A stretch of DNA of 64,000 bases. It comes from Eledone cirrhosa. Lineage: Eukaryota. A model generated the notes under the pieces. The model searched no databases, was not told the origin of the DNA, and was given only the letters and a program-made list of their open reading frames with translations. A program made the translations under genes and the position numbers. Numbering within the stretch: the first letter of the stretch is position 1; each line of letters begins with the position of its first letter. The stretch covers positions 175,274,001 to 175,338,000 of the forward strand of contig OZ024740.1 of NCBI GenBank assembly GCA_964016885.1. Direction: 5' to 3'. Below, piece after piece: positions 25,692-38,546 of the stretch.

Positions 25692-26772
25692 AATTCTATA
25701 TATGGGAAGATTATAGTTGTCAAAAGGATTGGTCAAAATTTTTTGTAAACACAATTAAATCTTTCATGGCGGTGGGTAGCTGAACTTGCCTGTAGAACAA
25801 TGTGGGAGTGGGTGGAGCCAATCAAGCGTTGAAAGTGAATTCTATACAGCAAATTCTAAGGAGTGTGGATGAAATTAGGCTAGTTAGAAAGCAGGTGAAA
25901 AAAGAATTCTGGAGGAATTTGAGAGTGGGAAGTTATAAAATTAAGAAAGTAAAGAGTAATAAATAAAAATAATATAAAAAAATTAAATAATAAAAAAAAA
26001 TAATTAAAAAAATAATAAGAAAAACAATCTAGAATCTAAAACAGCTGCTATATTTTTAGCTGGTATTGCGTTATCGGCCAATGCTATATAGAATTTACTG
26101 GGGTGGGGGTACTGAGGCTACAAAAGCCTGATGTGCTGCCTCAGGGTAAGCGAAAGAGGAAAAAGGGAGATGAAGAAGAGAGGGAGAGGAAGGAAGTGAG
26201 AAGAAGAGATAAAGGGAAAAAGAAAAAAAGTACATCTACCTATGTATGCTGGGGTTTCCCCTATCTTGTTCGGCAAGTGGGGAAAAGAAGGGTGTTACAG
26301 CCATTGTCTACCCACCCGGGTCATGAGGGGGTTTGAGGGCGAGGTAAGTCCTACGCAATCGGTGTTTACATGCGGTTACAAGTTCTTACCCGGGTGGATA
26401 AAGTGAAAAAAGAAAAGAAGTATATCTACCTATGTATGCTGCGGCTTTGCCTATCTTGTTCGGCAAGTGAGGAAAAGAAGGATATTACAGCCGTAATATC
26501 CTTCTTTTCCTCACTTGCCGATCAAGATAGGCAAAGCCCCAGCATACATAGGTAGATATACTTCTTTTCTTTTTTTCCTTTATCCACACGCCTTAGAATT
26601 TGCTGTATAGAATTCATTTTCAACGCTTGACCGGCTCCACCCACTCCCTCATTGTTCTACATGCAAGTTTAGCCACCCCACCTCCCACCCACCGCAATGA
26701 AAGATTTAATTGTGTTTACAAGAAATTTTGACCAATCCTTCTGACAACTACAATCTTCCCATATATGGAATT

Positions 26773-26866
26773 ACCCCTTGAAAAGTTCGGCTATTTATTA
26801 CGATGTAAAAAATCTAATTTCGTCCAGAAATAGCCATCGAAACGGCTTGAGCTCTGCCGTCAGGGT
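26773..26866 (+). ncRNA. Mirror hammerhead with U3-A8 core (stem I closing pair mismatched)
   Basis: ACCCC-TTGAAAA-GTTCGGCTATTT...AAATAGCCATC-GAAA-CGGC TTGAGCTCT GCCG-TC-AGGGT. Confidence 0.72.
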
Positions 26867-26884
26867 CTTCAACATTTTCCTATA

Positions 26885-26997
<113 letters not shown>

Positions 26998-27100
26998 ATG
27001 TGTGTGTGTGTATGTGTGTGTGTGTGTGTGTGTGTTAATATTTCATATATATATATATACATAAAAGAAGAAATTAAAAGATGGTTAAAAAAGTTCCATA

Positions 27101-27170
27101 TATTTTATTATGCACATTTCGAAAACAACATCATCCTGGGACAAAAATTGTGTTCTCATCAGATAAAATA
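27101..27170 (-). ncRNA. Type I hammerhead in the PLE 3' pLTR (sense to the ORF)
   Basis: Reverse complement: TATTTTAT-CTGATGA-GAACACA...TGTTGTTTTC-GAAA-TGTGCA-TA-ATAAAATA. Confidence 0.8.
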
Positions 27171-27956
27171 ATGTAGCATGATATGAGGCCTAAAAAAACA
27201 CTTGTCAACAAGAAAGTGTACAGTTTACATATGACAAAAATAGGAAAAATGAAGAAAAAGGTAAGAAGAAGGAAAAAGGAAAAAGAAATAAAAGAGAGGA
27301 AATAAAAGGAAAAAAAGAAAGAAGGAAGAGAGAGAAAGAGAAAAAGAGAGAGACTTTTGATCAGGAATGCTGTCAAAATAACGGCTAAAAAATAAATTGA
27401 TGTGGTGTATGTGCGAATATTATAGATGGTATTCAAATATTAGAGGTCTAAAATATAGAAACTGGGTATATTATTTTATATTGGGTTTAAATACTAAAAC
27501 TTGGATTAAGAAGTGTAAAAATGTATTAATAAAATAAAATTAAATTAAATTAAAATAATTATAAAAAGATAGAATAAAAAAAAATAAGAATAGTTTATCT
27601 ATGTATAAATTAATAATTTCTATTAAAAATCTATATATGTGGGATATACTATTTAATTATTATTTTATATCAACAAGTAAATAAATGAAATTGCTAGAAT
27701 GATTTATAAACGTAGAAAAACATATGACGTCATAGTTTGTTTACAAAATCTACGAAGGTTTGAACGAAAATTTAAGGCTATAGAGAAAAAAGTGAAAGGC
27801 TTAAAATATGCTGAGAAAATTGAATTAATACATTGTAGAATATAATGAAATATGTGTGAAAAAAAATATGTGTGAAAAAAATATGTGTAAAAAAATATAT
27901 ATTTGTAAGAAATTAACTGTTATTCGTGGAATAACGGCGAGAATGACGACAGTATT

Positions 27957-30195
27957 AGTTATATACTTTGTGGAAGGTCTTGAAGGATTTGTGATTACAA
28001 AGACCAAATAAATCTGTACGTCTATTTATTATAGAGTTGAAATTCGAGAGAATGGTAAATTTTTCAACTAGACATAAATTACAAATACTAGATATGGAAG
28101 CATGGGAGTATAGAGAAGCGTTTCAGATTTTACGCCAAGAAATTTTGTAATTAATGTTTTTGTCTTTTAAGGACCAAATAAGTTATGAGAGTGCGGTGTT
28201 GGTCCTTTTAAGTGGATATTTAAATGTAGAAGAATGATTATAGAGTCTTGCTTTAAAAGAGGTAGAAGTAGAGCCAATGTAGGTGTAGGTATTGGTACTA
28301 GTTAGCACTTTACATTCGTAAACTAGGTTTTTATCGAGACAGAAATTACTAAGAGGACAATTAATTCTAATAGGGCAGTTGCATTTACGATTAAGATTAT
28401 TAACAGAGGTATTTGCACGTGGCTCAGGATTAATTATATTAGGAACTGGAGTGGTGGAATTAGCTAAAGGAGCTGCTAAAGTTTCTAGATTTACATTACT
28501 ATTTGAAGCATTCCTCAAAGTTACATTTGACGTCGTATTTATACTTGTGTTATTTTGCCTAGAGTTTACCTTGACGTCGGGCCTTACAGTGTTATTATTA
28601 TGACTCTCACGGTTGGATGCATGTGAGTTATTATTTACTATTTTAGAATTATGTCTTGAGATAATTTTAGAAATGTTGGAAGTAGTGGAATATGAGAATT
28701 TAATAGTATGCTTATTGAAAATATTATATATATATGTGAAGGGAGGAAGCTGTTATCTAAAGCCCTAAAAAATAATTTAGGGATATTATTAATAACTGAA
28801 AGAGAGAAAGGAGCGTTGTACCAAAGGATATTTTTATATCTAGGTCTCCTCCTTGTGTTAGTGGTATGATTATTACTAGCTACATTACTATAAGTTCTGC
28901 CAAGACTAGTTTCCTTAGTGTATCTAATTTTGTCTGGATATCCAGCCCTAGATAATGCATTATTATAATAGTTGGCATTAGCTTCGAAGATATCTTTATA
29001 AGAGGATAAATTAGAAATTCTTTTTTCTACACTTCTGACTATAGCAGTTTTAACATTAATAGGGTGGTTAGATTTAAAGTTAACGTAATTTAGGTTCTCA
29101 TTATCCATATGATATGGGTAATATAGGCCAGTATCTAGATTAAGGGATATATCAAGGAAATTTGCTAATTTATCATTATTATCGAATTCTATTTTTAAGT
29201 TAAGATTCTTAAATAGTTCAAGTATATTTTTCTTAATAATATTAAAGTTTACTTTGTTGCAATTAGAGACAGTAAAAAGAGCATCATCACGATAAATTCC
29301 ACCGCGAAGTTGAGGAATTTTCCGTTTTAAAGAGTTCAAGATGAAAATTCCAACCAAGTCGGTCAATTGAGCTGAATCCGACAAACCCATTGTGATGTCG
29401 AAATTGTTGGAAGTATCCGCTCTTGTCCAATATTCATTGTTAAATTCCAAGATGGTTTTCCTTGCGGTGAGAATGATGTTTAATTCATCAGTAGTGATGT
29501 CCGAGTATTTTAAGGCATATGAAAGAGCCTTGTTAAGGAGTGAAGGAGAAAAAGAAGAGTAATAGCTAGCAATGTCTAGTTGAATAAATTTTAGTTTGTT
29601 TTTATTATTCAGGTCATTGAACCAGTCTATCACATCAGAATAACTCGACCATAAATTTAATTGAGATTTAGAGATAACCTGTGGGATAATTCTATCCAAG
29701 ATGGATTTACTAACGATCCCCAGGTCAGATTTAGAAGGGGCAATTAGTCTTACAGGCAAGTCTGTTCAAAAATTTCTTTTGTGATCCTTGAGACTAATCC
29801 TCGGAATTCTTGGGAAGAAAGGTTCTGTTTTTTCTCAATACCGAGTTTGGTTATTATCTCATATGCTTCACTATTAATAGAATCAAGATTATCGTACGTA
29901 GTTTTAGGATCATTTTTTCTTAGTTCTTTAAGGATAAGGTTATTATATTTATCCTTACTTATGCCATATAAGTTATTTGTTTTGTCAGAATGAACTAAAA
30001 CGTTTTTGGAAGAATTAAGGTCATTAATTTTATTCTTAAGGTTGATAAGGTGTCCCTGGCCTCGATAAGGGTTTCTTTTGAATTTACGTCCTCGTATAAT
30101 TTTAGTTAATTCATTTTCAAAATGTGCTAAGTTTTTATTAAAGGGAGGATTTCTTCTGGAGTTAAATAATGAATCGATGTTATTTACAGCTGTTT
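27957..30195 (-). pseudogene. PLE reverse transcriptase plus GIY-YIG endonuclease, frameshifted
   Basis: HSDKTNNLY; VRLIAPSKSDLG; FIQLDIASYYSS; FDITMGLSDSAQLTDLVG; IYRDDAL; NFLDISLNL; SNHP; ILWYNAPFS; CNC....CPL...C...NLVYECKV.....TYIGST...FKARLYNH; downstream CNLCLVEK. Confidence 0.92.
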
Positions 30196-30403
30196 TCATT
30201 TTGACAGCGTTCCTGATCAAAAGTCTCTCTCTCTTTTTCTCTTTCTCTCTCTCCCTTCTTTCTTTTTTTCCTTTTTTTCCTCTCTTCTATTTCTTTTTCC
30301 TTTTTCCTTCTTCTTTCCTTTTTCTTCATTTTTCCTATTTTTCTCTTACTCTTATATATTTGTCATATGTAAATTGGACCCTTTCTTGTTGACAAGTGTT
30401 TTT

Positions 30404-30604
30404 TTGCCTTTCATCCTTACGGGGTCGATAAAATAAAGTACCAGTAATGTACTGGATAATTGTTGGCCTTGTGCCTAAAGTAGAAACAATTATTTTATCT
30501 GATGAGAGGGCGGTGGATTGGCAGTATCGGTAGAGGGTCGGGCGCCATGCTTTGACCAGTAATACACTGGGTAATTGCTTGGCTTGTGCCAAAAGTAGAA
30601 ACAA
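30404..30604 (+). mobile_element. Two truncated SINE pieces inserted in the inverted pLTR
   Basis: 30404-30489 is a SINE 3' half. 30508-30604 is an internally deleted SINE flanked by duplicated TTATTTTATCTGATGAGA. Confidence 0.8.
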
Positions 30605-30605
30605 T

Positions 30606-30675
30606 TATTTTATCTGATGAGAACACAATTTTTGTCCCAGGATGATGTTGTTTTCGAAATGCGCATAATAAAATA
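30606..30675 (+). ncRNA. Type I hammerhead in the inverted pLTR
   Basis: TATTTTAT-CTGATGA-GAACACA...TGTTGTTTTC-GAAA-TGCGCA-TA-ATAAAATA. Palindrome ATGCGCAT. Confidence 0.83.
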
Positions 30676-30914
30676 TATGGAACTTTTGTAACCATCTTTT
30701 AATTTCTTCTTTAATATATACTCCAGTTCTACCAATTGTTGAGTGCTACTTATCTAATATATGCATAGTTTAATTGTTCTACAATATTACTCACCTTTTA
30801 CATATATATATATATATGAATGAAGTAATTCCGTCGGAAAAGTCCAGGAAAAAAGAGTGCTCTATGTAGGTAACAGAGCTTAATAGTTATGTAATAAACA
30901 ACATAAGGCAATTA

Positions 30915-30975
30915 TTCCATGTACCAGTGGTTTCTTAAAAGCCAAAAAAATTTGCTTTCAATCATCAGAATGAAA
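30915..30975 (-). ncRNA. Type I hammerhead (mirror of 34561-34621; stem I closing pair mismatched)
   Basis: Reverse complement: TTTCATT-CTGATGA-TTGAAAGC...GCTTTTAA-GAAA-CCACTGG-TA-CATGGAA. Confidence 0.75.
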
Positions 30976-31817
30976 AAATCCTGGTGTTTTTATTGACGTT
31001 GGATTTTAAAAACAAAAATGCAATCTATATGAAAGTAAGGCTGGAAAAGGAAGAAGGAAAGGAAAAATAAAATAAAAACACATATGCAAACACCCACACA
31101 CACACAATTATATACATACACATATATATATGTATATATATATACATACACACATACATACACACACATATATACACACACACACACATATATATGTGTA
31201 TGTATATATATACATACACATACATATACACATACATATATACACACATAAATATCAACATAACCAGACATACACATATATATATACAACCACACACATA
31301 TATACACGCATACATACGCATGCACAAAAATAGAAATATATACACACACCTCTACATACTCACACACAAAAATAAATATAAGAAAAAATATATAATAATA
31401 AAAAACATAAAAATGAATATAAAGACTATTATAAAGTTGACAGCGATACAGGCAACAAATAAATGAACAAAAACACGTGGTAAGCAATACACACAAATGC
31501 ACGTACACATACATACGTAAAAATAAATACATACACACACTCTCACACATAAATATACATATACAAATACATACGCATACACAAATACATACACACACAC
31601 ACACATATACATATATACACACACATACATATATATACACACCTACATACATAACCATACAAATATACACATACATATACATACATATCACAAACACGTA
31701 CATACAAATACAAACACACACATATATGTGTGTAAAACTCATTCTTAGATAATTCAAATGAACCTTATTTAACTCTAAAATATACATATATATATATATA
31801 CACATATATATATATAT

Positions 31818-32425
31818 GGTGGCTGCCAACTCGTTTTCGAGTACGGCCACTACTTTATATCCATGTAGGAGAACTCCTATTGATGCGCTGAACGAGTGTG
31901 ACTTTTTAGTCCAGCCAGCGACTTGAAAACTCTGGTATAAACACTACACTTGTGACAATTATTAACACATAGTGCTGGACCCATGGTACCATGTGACGAC
32001 AAGTGCAGCGATATCTCCAGATATAAAGCAATGCCTGTGCCGTGAAGCTTTTATAGTGAGCAAAGGCACTGCACAAAGCCAGTCCCACTCTCTTAACCAA
32101 GATGATATTTACCAAAAACAAGAACAAGTCAACATCATTGGATACCATCAGGGTTGCAGGTGTTATATCAGAGTTTTCCTTCTCCTAGAATTCTGCCTTG
32201 ACAAAGGCTAAGGGGTCATCTCTCCCGGTGATTTTGGATGGCCATTGACTCTTAAGAGTTCCTTTGCCCTTTGACAGGTTTTGTTTTTAGTCCTGCAGGA
32301 TGTCCAAAGTCACCCTCCTCACCAAGAAACCTTGGTGGGGCTGCCAGTTTAGTCGCCAACGACCCGACCATGAGACAGGTTGTACTGGGATACATGTTAC
32401 CAGTAGCACCAGCTGGTGACCTGAC
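31818..32425 (-). mobile_element. 608-bp non-coding interspersed repeat (probable non-autonomous retroposon)
   Basis: Highly similar to 44764-45371 and 45418-45994. Inserted in (TA)n and absent from the mirror arm. Confidence 0.85.
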
Positions 32426-32743
32426 ACAATATATATATATATATATATATACATATATATACATACACATACATACACATACATACTCACATACACATAT
32501 ATACCTACACACAGATATATACATACACATACGTATGCATACGTACATACACACACACACATATACATATATAACTAAATATATATATATACATATGAGA
32601 AAGAACATAATTATTATATATATATATTTAAAAAAATATTGTATATATAAAAATAAAAATAAAAATAAAAATGAAAATAAAAAGTTGGGAATACGCGTGT
32701 GTGTATATATTTATATGTATGTATCTATGTGTGTATATATGTG

Positions 32744-32818
<75 letters not shown>

Positions 32819-32963
32819 GTGTATATATAGATTTAATGTGTGTGTATGGGCGTGTGTATATTTGTGCGTGTATATGTATTTTTTTATATAATGGTTTTGT
32901 GTGTATATATATAATAGCCTCAGAAAAGGGTTGAGCTCTGCCGCGGGGTCAGACTTTTTCCTA

Positions 32964-33034
<71 letters not shown>

Positions 33035-33563
33035 GTAATTGTATGCGTGTGTGTATTTCTGTGGTTGTGTTTTTGTGTGTGTGTATGTACATATATGTGT
33101 ATATGTGTGTGTATATGTATATATATATATAAGGGTGTATGTATATGCATCATTACATATAGTGATTTAATGATTATTTTCATTGATCTTTTGCTCCAGG
33201 AACTTGTTAAGTGCTCTAAATCTGCTATAAGCATTTATACCCTTTTCTAAATATATATTTTTTTATTTATTATTTGTCGTATTCCCAACTTTTTATTTTT
33301 ATTTTTATTTTTATTTTTATTTTTATTTTTATATATACAATATTTTTTTTTATATATACAATATTTATTTTGTATATATATATATAATAATTATGTTCTT
33401 TCTCATATGTATATATATATTTAGTTATATATGTATATGTGTGTGTGTGTATGTACGTATGCATACGTATGTGTATGTATATATGTGTGTGTAGGTATAT
33501 ATGTGTATGTGAGTATGTATGTATGTGTATGTATGTGTATGTATATATATATGTATATATATA

Positions 33564-33612
<49 letters not shown>

Positions 33613-34560
33613 TTTAGAGTTAAATAAGGTTCATTTGAATTATCTAAGAATGAGTTTTACACACATATATATGTGTGTGTTTGTATTTGTATGTACGTGT
33701 TTGTGATATGTATGTATATGTATGTGTATATTTGTATGGTTATGTATGTAGGTGTGTATATATATATATGTATGTGTGTGTATATATGTATATGTGTGTG
33801 TGTGTATGTATTTGTATATGCGTATGTATGTGTTTATGTATTTGTATATGTATATTTATGTGTGAGAGTGTGTGTATGTATTTATTTTTACGTATGTATG
33901 TGTACGTGCATTTGTGTGTATTGCTTACCACGTGTGTTTGTTCATTTATTTGTTGCCTGTATCGCTGTGAACTTTATAATAGTCTTTATATTCATTTTTA
34001 TGTTTTTTATTATTATATATTTTTTCTTATATTTATTTTTGTGTGTGAGTATGTAGAGGTGTGTATATATATTTCTATTTTTGTGCATGCGTATGTATGC
34101 GTGTATATATGTGTGTATGTATGTGTATGTATGTACGTGTGTATATACGTATGATTGTGTGTATGTATGTATGTATGTGTATGTATATGTGTATGTATTT
34201 GTATGTGTATGTGTATATATATATATATATATGTGTGTGGTTGTATATATGTATGTGTATGTATGGATATGGTGATATTTATGTGTGTATCTATGTATGT
34301 GTATATGTATGTGCATGTATATATATACATACACATATATATGTGTGTGTGCGTGTATATATGTGTGTGTGTATGTATGTGTGTATGTATATATACATAT
34401 ATATATATGTGTATGTATATAATTGTGTGTGTGTGTGGGTGGGTGTTTGCATGTGTGTTTTTATTTTATTTTTCCTTTCTTTCTTCCTTTTCCAGCCTCA
34501 CTTTCATATAGATTGCATTTTTGTTTTTAAAATCCAACGTCAATATAAACACCAGGATTT

Positions 34561-34621
34561 TTTCATTCTGATGATTGAAAGCATAATTTTTTTGCTTTTA
34601 AGAAACCACTGGTAAATGAAA
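34561..34621 (+). ncRNA. Type I hammerhead ribozyme
   Basis: TTTCATT-CTGATGA-TTGAAAGCA...TGCTTTTAA-GAAA-CCACTGG-TA-AATGAAA. Confidence 0.87.
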
Positions 34622-34650
34622 TAATTGCCTTATGTTGTTTATTACATAAC

Positions 34651-34682
<32 letters not shown>

Positions 34683-34683
34683 C

Positions 34684-34780
<97 letters not shown>

Positions 34781-34888
34781 CACCAAACGTACATATACCA
34801 AAACCCTATGTATACACAATATACATACCCATATATACACATATACAAACATATATGTGTGTATAAAAAAATACCAGCATACATATAC

Positions 34889-34923
<35 letters not shown>

Positions 34924-35309
34924 TATATGTATATGTATATATATATATATTTGATTAGTTAGAATATGTGCTTAAAATGTAAAGATACATATATATATAT
35001 AAATAATTATTTATTTATTTATTTTAATAATATAATTATTTCTATTTCTTATCAAAATCTGCATAATTTTGCTAATTAATTGACATATCATTGCATGGAC
35101 ATGTTTAATATATCGCAGCATGGAACCATGAATATGCCTGCAATAAGTAGAAGTTTAAAGAAAAGTATCTCACAACTCCACTATTTAGGTGTGGCGCCAG
35201 TAATGACTGCACAGGCGAGAGTGGGGATACTCATAAGCCCCCCGGTTGTCAGAATGTGTTATGGACAGAATCCCATTAGGAGGGAGGATTTGCCTCTTGA
35301 ACCTAGGTC

Positions 35310-35725
35310 TGTAGTTATGAACTAAACAAGGAGTCCGAATACAGGCCCTTCCTTGATGAAATCACTGCAACGTTAGATGTAGTTACGACTGAGTCAAATA
35401 TCCTAATGGGAGACTTCAATGCACATGTTGGCACTGACCACCTGACATCCAAAGGACTGATTGGAAGGAATGACAACCCTGATCTAAATACGAATTGAGA
35501 GGCCTTGCTAGACTTCTGTTCTAGCAATGGACTCTCTATTATGAACACCTTCTTCCAGCACAGAGACATCCATAAATATACATGGTGTAAGGCGAATTGT
35601 GGACAGATAAATACTTAATTTGGCTATTGTCTCTGATCTGTTTCATTCTGTGCTGGGTGTTTGTGTTAAGAAAGGGATTGAGCTGTCAACTGATCACCAT
35701 CTAGTTATCTGTCACTCGAGACAAC
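35310..35725 (+). pseudogene. AP-endonuclease fragment of an RTE-clade LINE
   Basis: Manual translation: ILMGDFNAHVG...GLIGRN..PDLN...LLDFCSSNGLSIMNTFFQHRDIHKYTW...ELSTDHHLVIC. Confidence 0.85.
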
Positions 35726-37445
35726 CTAATGCCAAAGAAAGACCACATAGTAAGTAGGGTGAAGACTATGATTCGCCGAGGAATTCTAATACGATAGAAA
35801 CGTGTCTCGCAAAATTATATTAGTAATTTAAAATAATATTAGTAATTTTTCTTTTCGCATAAGTATTTGTAATTAAACTTTGGCGATCCAGTGTATGGAT
35901 TATGTTAAAACTAACTTAATATTTTTCATTCGATAAAATAAAGTATCAGTCAAGTACTGGAGTCTATTTAATCAACTAACCTTTCCCCTAAATTTGTAGC
36001 TTTCTATTTATATTAGAAATTATTATTAATAACAAATTATTATTTGGTTGCTGGATATTGTGGTTTCTTTGTTTTGTGTAATGTTGGTGTGTTGTGTGTT
36101 TCAGATTATCCTTGTCTTATTTTTATCACTTTAGTTATTTATAATGCGTAATTGTGAGTATATTTCTTTTACTGTTGTTCAGTAGGATATGTTTCTTTTT
36201 CTGTTTAGGTTTCTACAATTATTTTGTTGAATGTATATAAAATGCAATATTTATGAATATATATAAACTGCAGTATTCATGAATGCATATATATTGCAGT
36301 ACTCATATTTGCTAATGGCAGTATTATCAAATTTTCTTGACGCAATTTATGGTGGAAGTGATACCCCGTGGGCTGTTTAAATTGTTTTCAAAAGTGTTTC
36401 TGTTTTGTTTAATGATGTGTGTGCTATGATGGTGTACAATGGTCGGAAACATTTGGTAAAATTGTTTGGGCTTTGATTTTAATCAATTTTCTCAAAAGTT
36501 AAACAAAAAAACTGTTAAAACTAAGTGCAAAGCAAATAGATTAATATTTGAACATTTTGGGTGTGTCCCTTAATTATTTTGTTCGAAAATTTTGATATGT
36601 CTTTTCCTCAACCTATGATATATATATTAAATAAAAGTGTTTTTATCTCAGATTTGCTGACATTGACTATATTTCATGTTTCATCGACTATTTTCCTGTT
36701 TAACTTTCTTGTGACGTCTACTTGTACTTAATCCAAGCTAAGTAAACATAAGCGAGTCGAATTAAGTGAGCTGTCCAAAGAAATGACACTTGGCCACAGA
36801 ATAAATTGACTGATAATTTATTTTATTCAATAACTTTGAGCTTTACATGGCATGTTGGTTTACACTCACGACTGTTTCATCTTTAGAACATCATTAAAGT
36901 TGTAGTTTTTCACCTAGTGTCTTACGGGTGGAATACCCTGGAATGTTTTTTCACGGTTTTTCTAGGATCAGCGAAGGTTTAAAACTCAGTAAGGCAAGCT
37001 TATGAAACACTCGTCAATCTTATAATATCTCTTCTTACAGCAGCGAATTATGTCACTTAAACCTAAATGAATTAAAACGTTGTGAATTAAGTCTGTTTCA
37101 CTGATAGTTATTTGCTTTGGGCTGAGCACTAGTCTATTATACCTGCTGCTAGCTCACGAGACGCTCGTAGGTTCAACAGTGCAGCGACTGGCTTACCACG
37201 GGAAATTATAGTATCGATTTAAGTCAGCTCCTCCCAACATATCGCAAATAAAAAATATTTTAATTAAATATTTATGAATACATTATACAATAATAATCCA
37301 TAGACCTAAGGGGCAACTAACACACGATGTTTTGGAAAACTAATTTTAAAAGATTTAGCTATCTAAAAAAAGAGTGTTACTTTGCCCAAAGGAAGAGCGT
37401 TGGTAAAAGGTTGAAGGTGGCTTATATTGGGGCTATGTAGATGCC

Positions 37446-37634
37446 GGTGGATTGGCAGTATCGGTAGAGGGTCGGACGCCATGCTTTTATGCATAGAGTT
37501 ACGGCCCTTTCCAATCTGAGTTCAAATCTCGCCGAGGTTAACTTTGCCTTTCATCTTTACGGGGTCGATAAAATAAAGTACCAGTAATGCACTGAGTAAT
37601 TGCTGGCCTTGTGCCAAAAGTAGAAACAGTTATT
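37446..37634 (+). mobile_element. tRNA-derived SINE
   Basis: A-box TGGCAGTATCGG, B-box GAGTTCAAATC, conserved core and tail. Confidence 0.88.
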
Positions 37635-37973
37635 AATAGTCAAGTGTCTTGACAACAGAAAAATAACAAAGAGAGCCGGTGGCAGGACAAAAAATAGACC
37701 TCTAATCAGTTGGCTGTTCGATAACTAAACAACTCGGCAATAAGTGCTGGCAGCATGGATGACAAAAATATAGGATAAGAATAAGCGTAAAAGAAAAAAA
37801 GAAACGAAAAAGCGATGGTTGTGAATATGTTAAAAGTATGTTTAACTAAACCGTTTAGATGATTGATTGGGCTGTCATTGCTAAGGTGATGCAAGAAAAA
37901 GTAAAAGAAGAAAAAGGAGGAGCAGGAGGAGGAGAAGAAAGATAGAGAGAGAGAAAGAGAGGAAGAATGATAT

Positions 37974-38012
<39 letters not shown>

Positions 38013-38087
38013 TATGTGTGAGTATGTATTGGTGATGATGATGATACAGGAAAATAAATAACTTATCAAACTCAGCAATATGAAGAT

Positions 38088-38118
<31 letters not shown>

Positions 38119-38198
38119 TGCCTCAAATTTTGCCTCAGGTGTCAGGTTGGCACTCGGCATGATTTGGGAAAGAAGCAGAATTCAAAGGAAGTTTCAAA

Positions 38199-38546
38199 TA
38201 ATAATTGTTTCTACTATAGGCACAAGACCGGTAATTTGGGGCGGGGGGGGGGGGGGGGTCGACCTCAGTGCATTACTGGTGCTTTTTTTATCGACCCCGC
38301 AAGGATGAAAGGCAAAGTTAACCTCGGCGGGATTTGAACTCAGATCGTAAAGGACCGTAACTCTATGCTGCAAAGTATGGTGTCCGACTCTCTACCGATA
38401 CTGCGAATCCACCGGCAATTAATGATAATAATTGTTTCTATTTTTGGCACAAGGCCAGCAATTATCCCAGTGCATTACTGGTACTTTATTTTATCGACCC
38501 CGTAAGGATGACAGGCAAAGTTAACCTCGGCGGGATTTGAACTCAG
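38199..38546 (-). mobile_element. One full and one partial SINE copy
   Basis: Same family as 37446-37634, reverse orientation. Confidence 0.85.

Larger units (their letters stand above)
25500..26883. repeat. Fold-back unit (arms 25581-25861 / 26591-26883, tail 25500-25580) with inner hairpin 26394-26586
   Basis: ATAGGAAAATGTTCAAGACCCCGACGGCAG... pairs with ...CTGCCGTCAGGGTCTTCAACATTTTCCTAT. The inner palindrome is centred on GATATTAC-AGCC-GTAATATC. (TA)n on both sides. Confidence 0.88.
27063..30800 (-). mobile_element. Near-complete Penelope-like element (probably Hydra-type clade) with 3' pseudo-LTR and inverted pseudo-LTR, flanked by (TA)n
   Basis: Frameshifted RT-GIY-YIG ORF at about 30195-27957. 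27063-27390 is the reverse complement of 30197-30713, ignoring SINE inserts. A hammerhead sits in each arm. Confidence 0.88.
30815..34653. repeat. Large fold-back unit (arms 30883-32695 / 33278-34653, tail about 30815-30882)
   Basis: Unique islands and the intervening (CA/TA) mosaics are mirrored. The left arm carries an extra 608-bp insertion. A hammerhead lies near each outer end. Confidence 0.88.

Noticed and set aside
37446-37535. tRNA genes
   Set aside because: The A/B boxes belong to SINE heads followed by the SINE core, and no intact cloverleaf is present.
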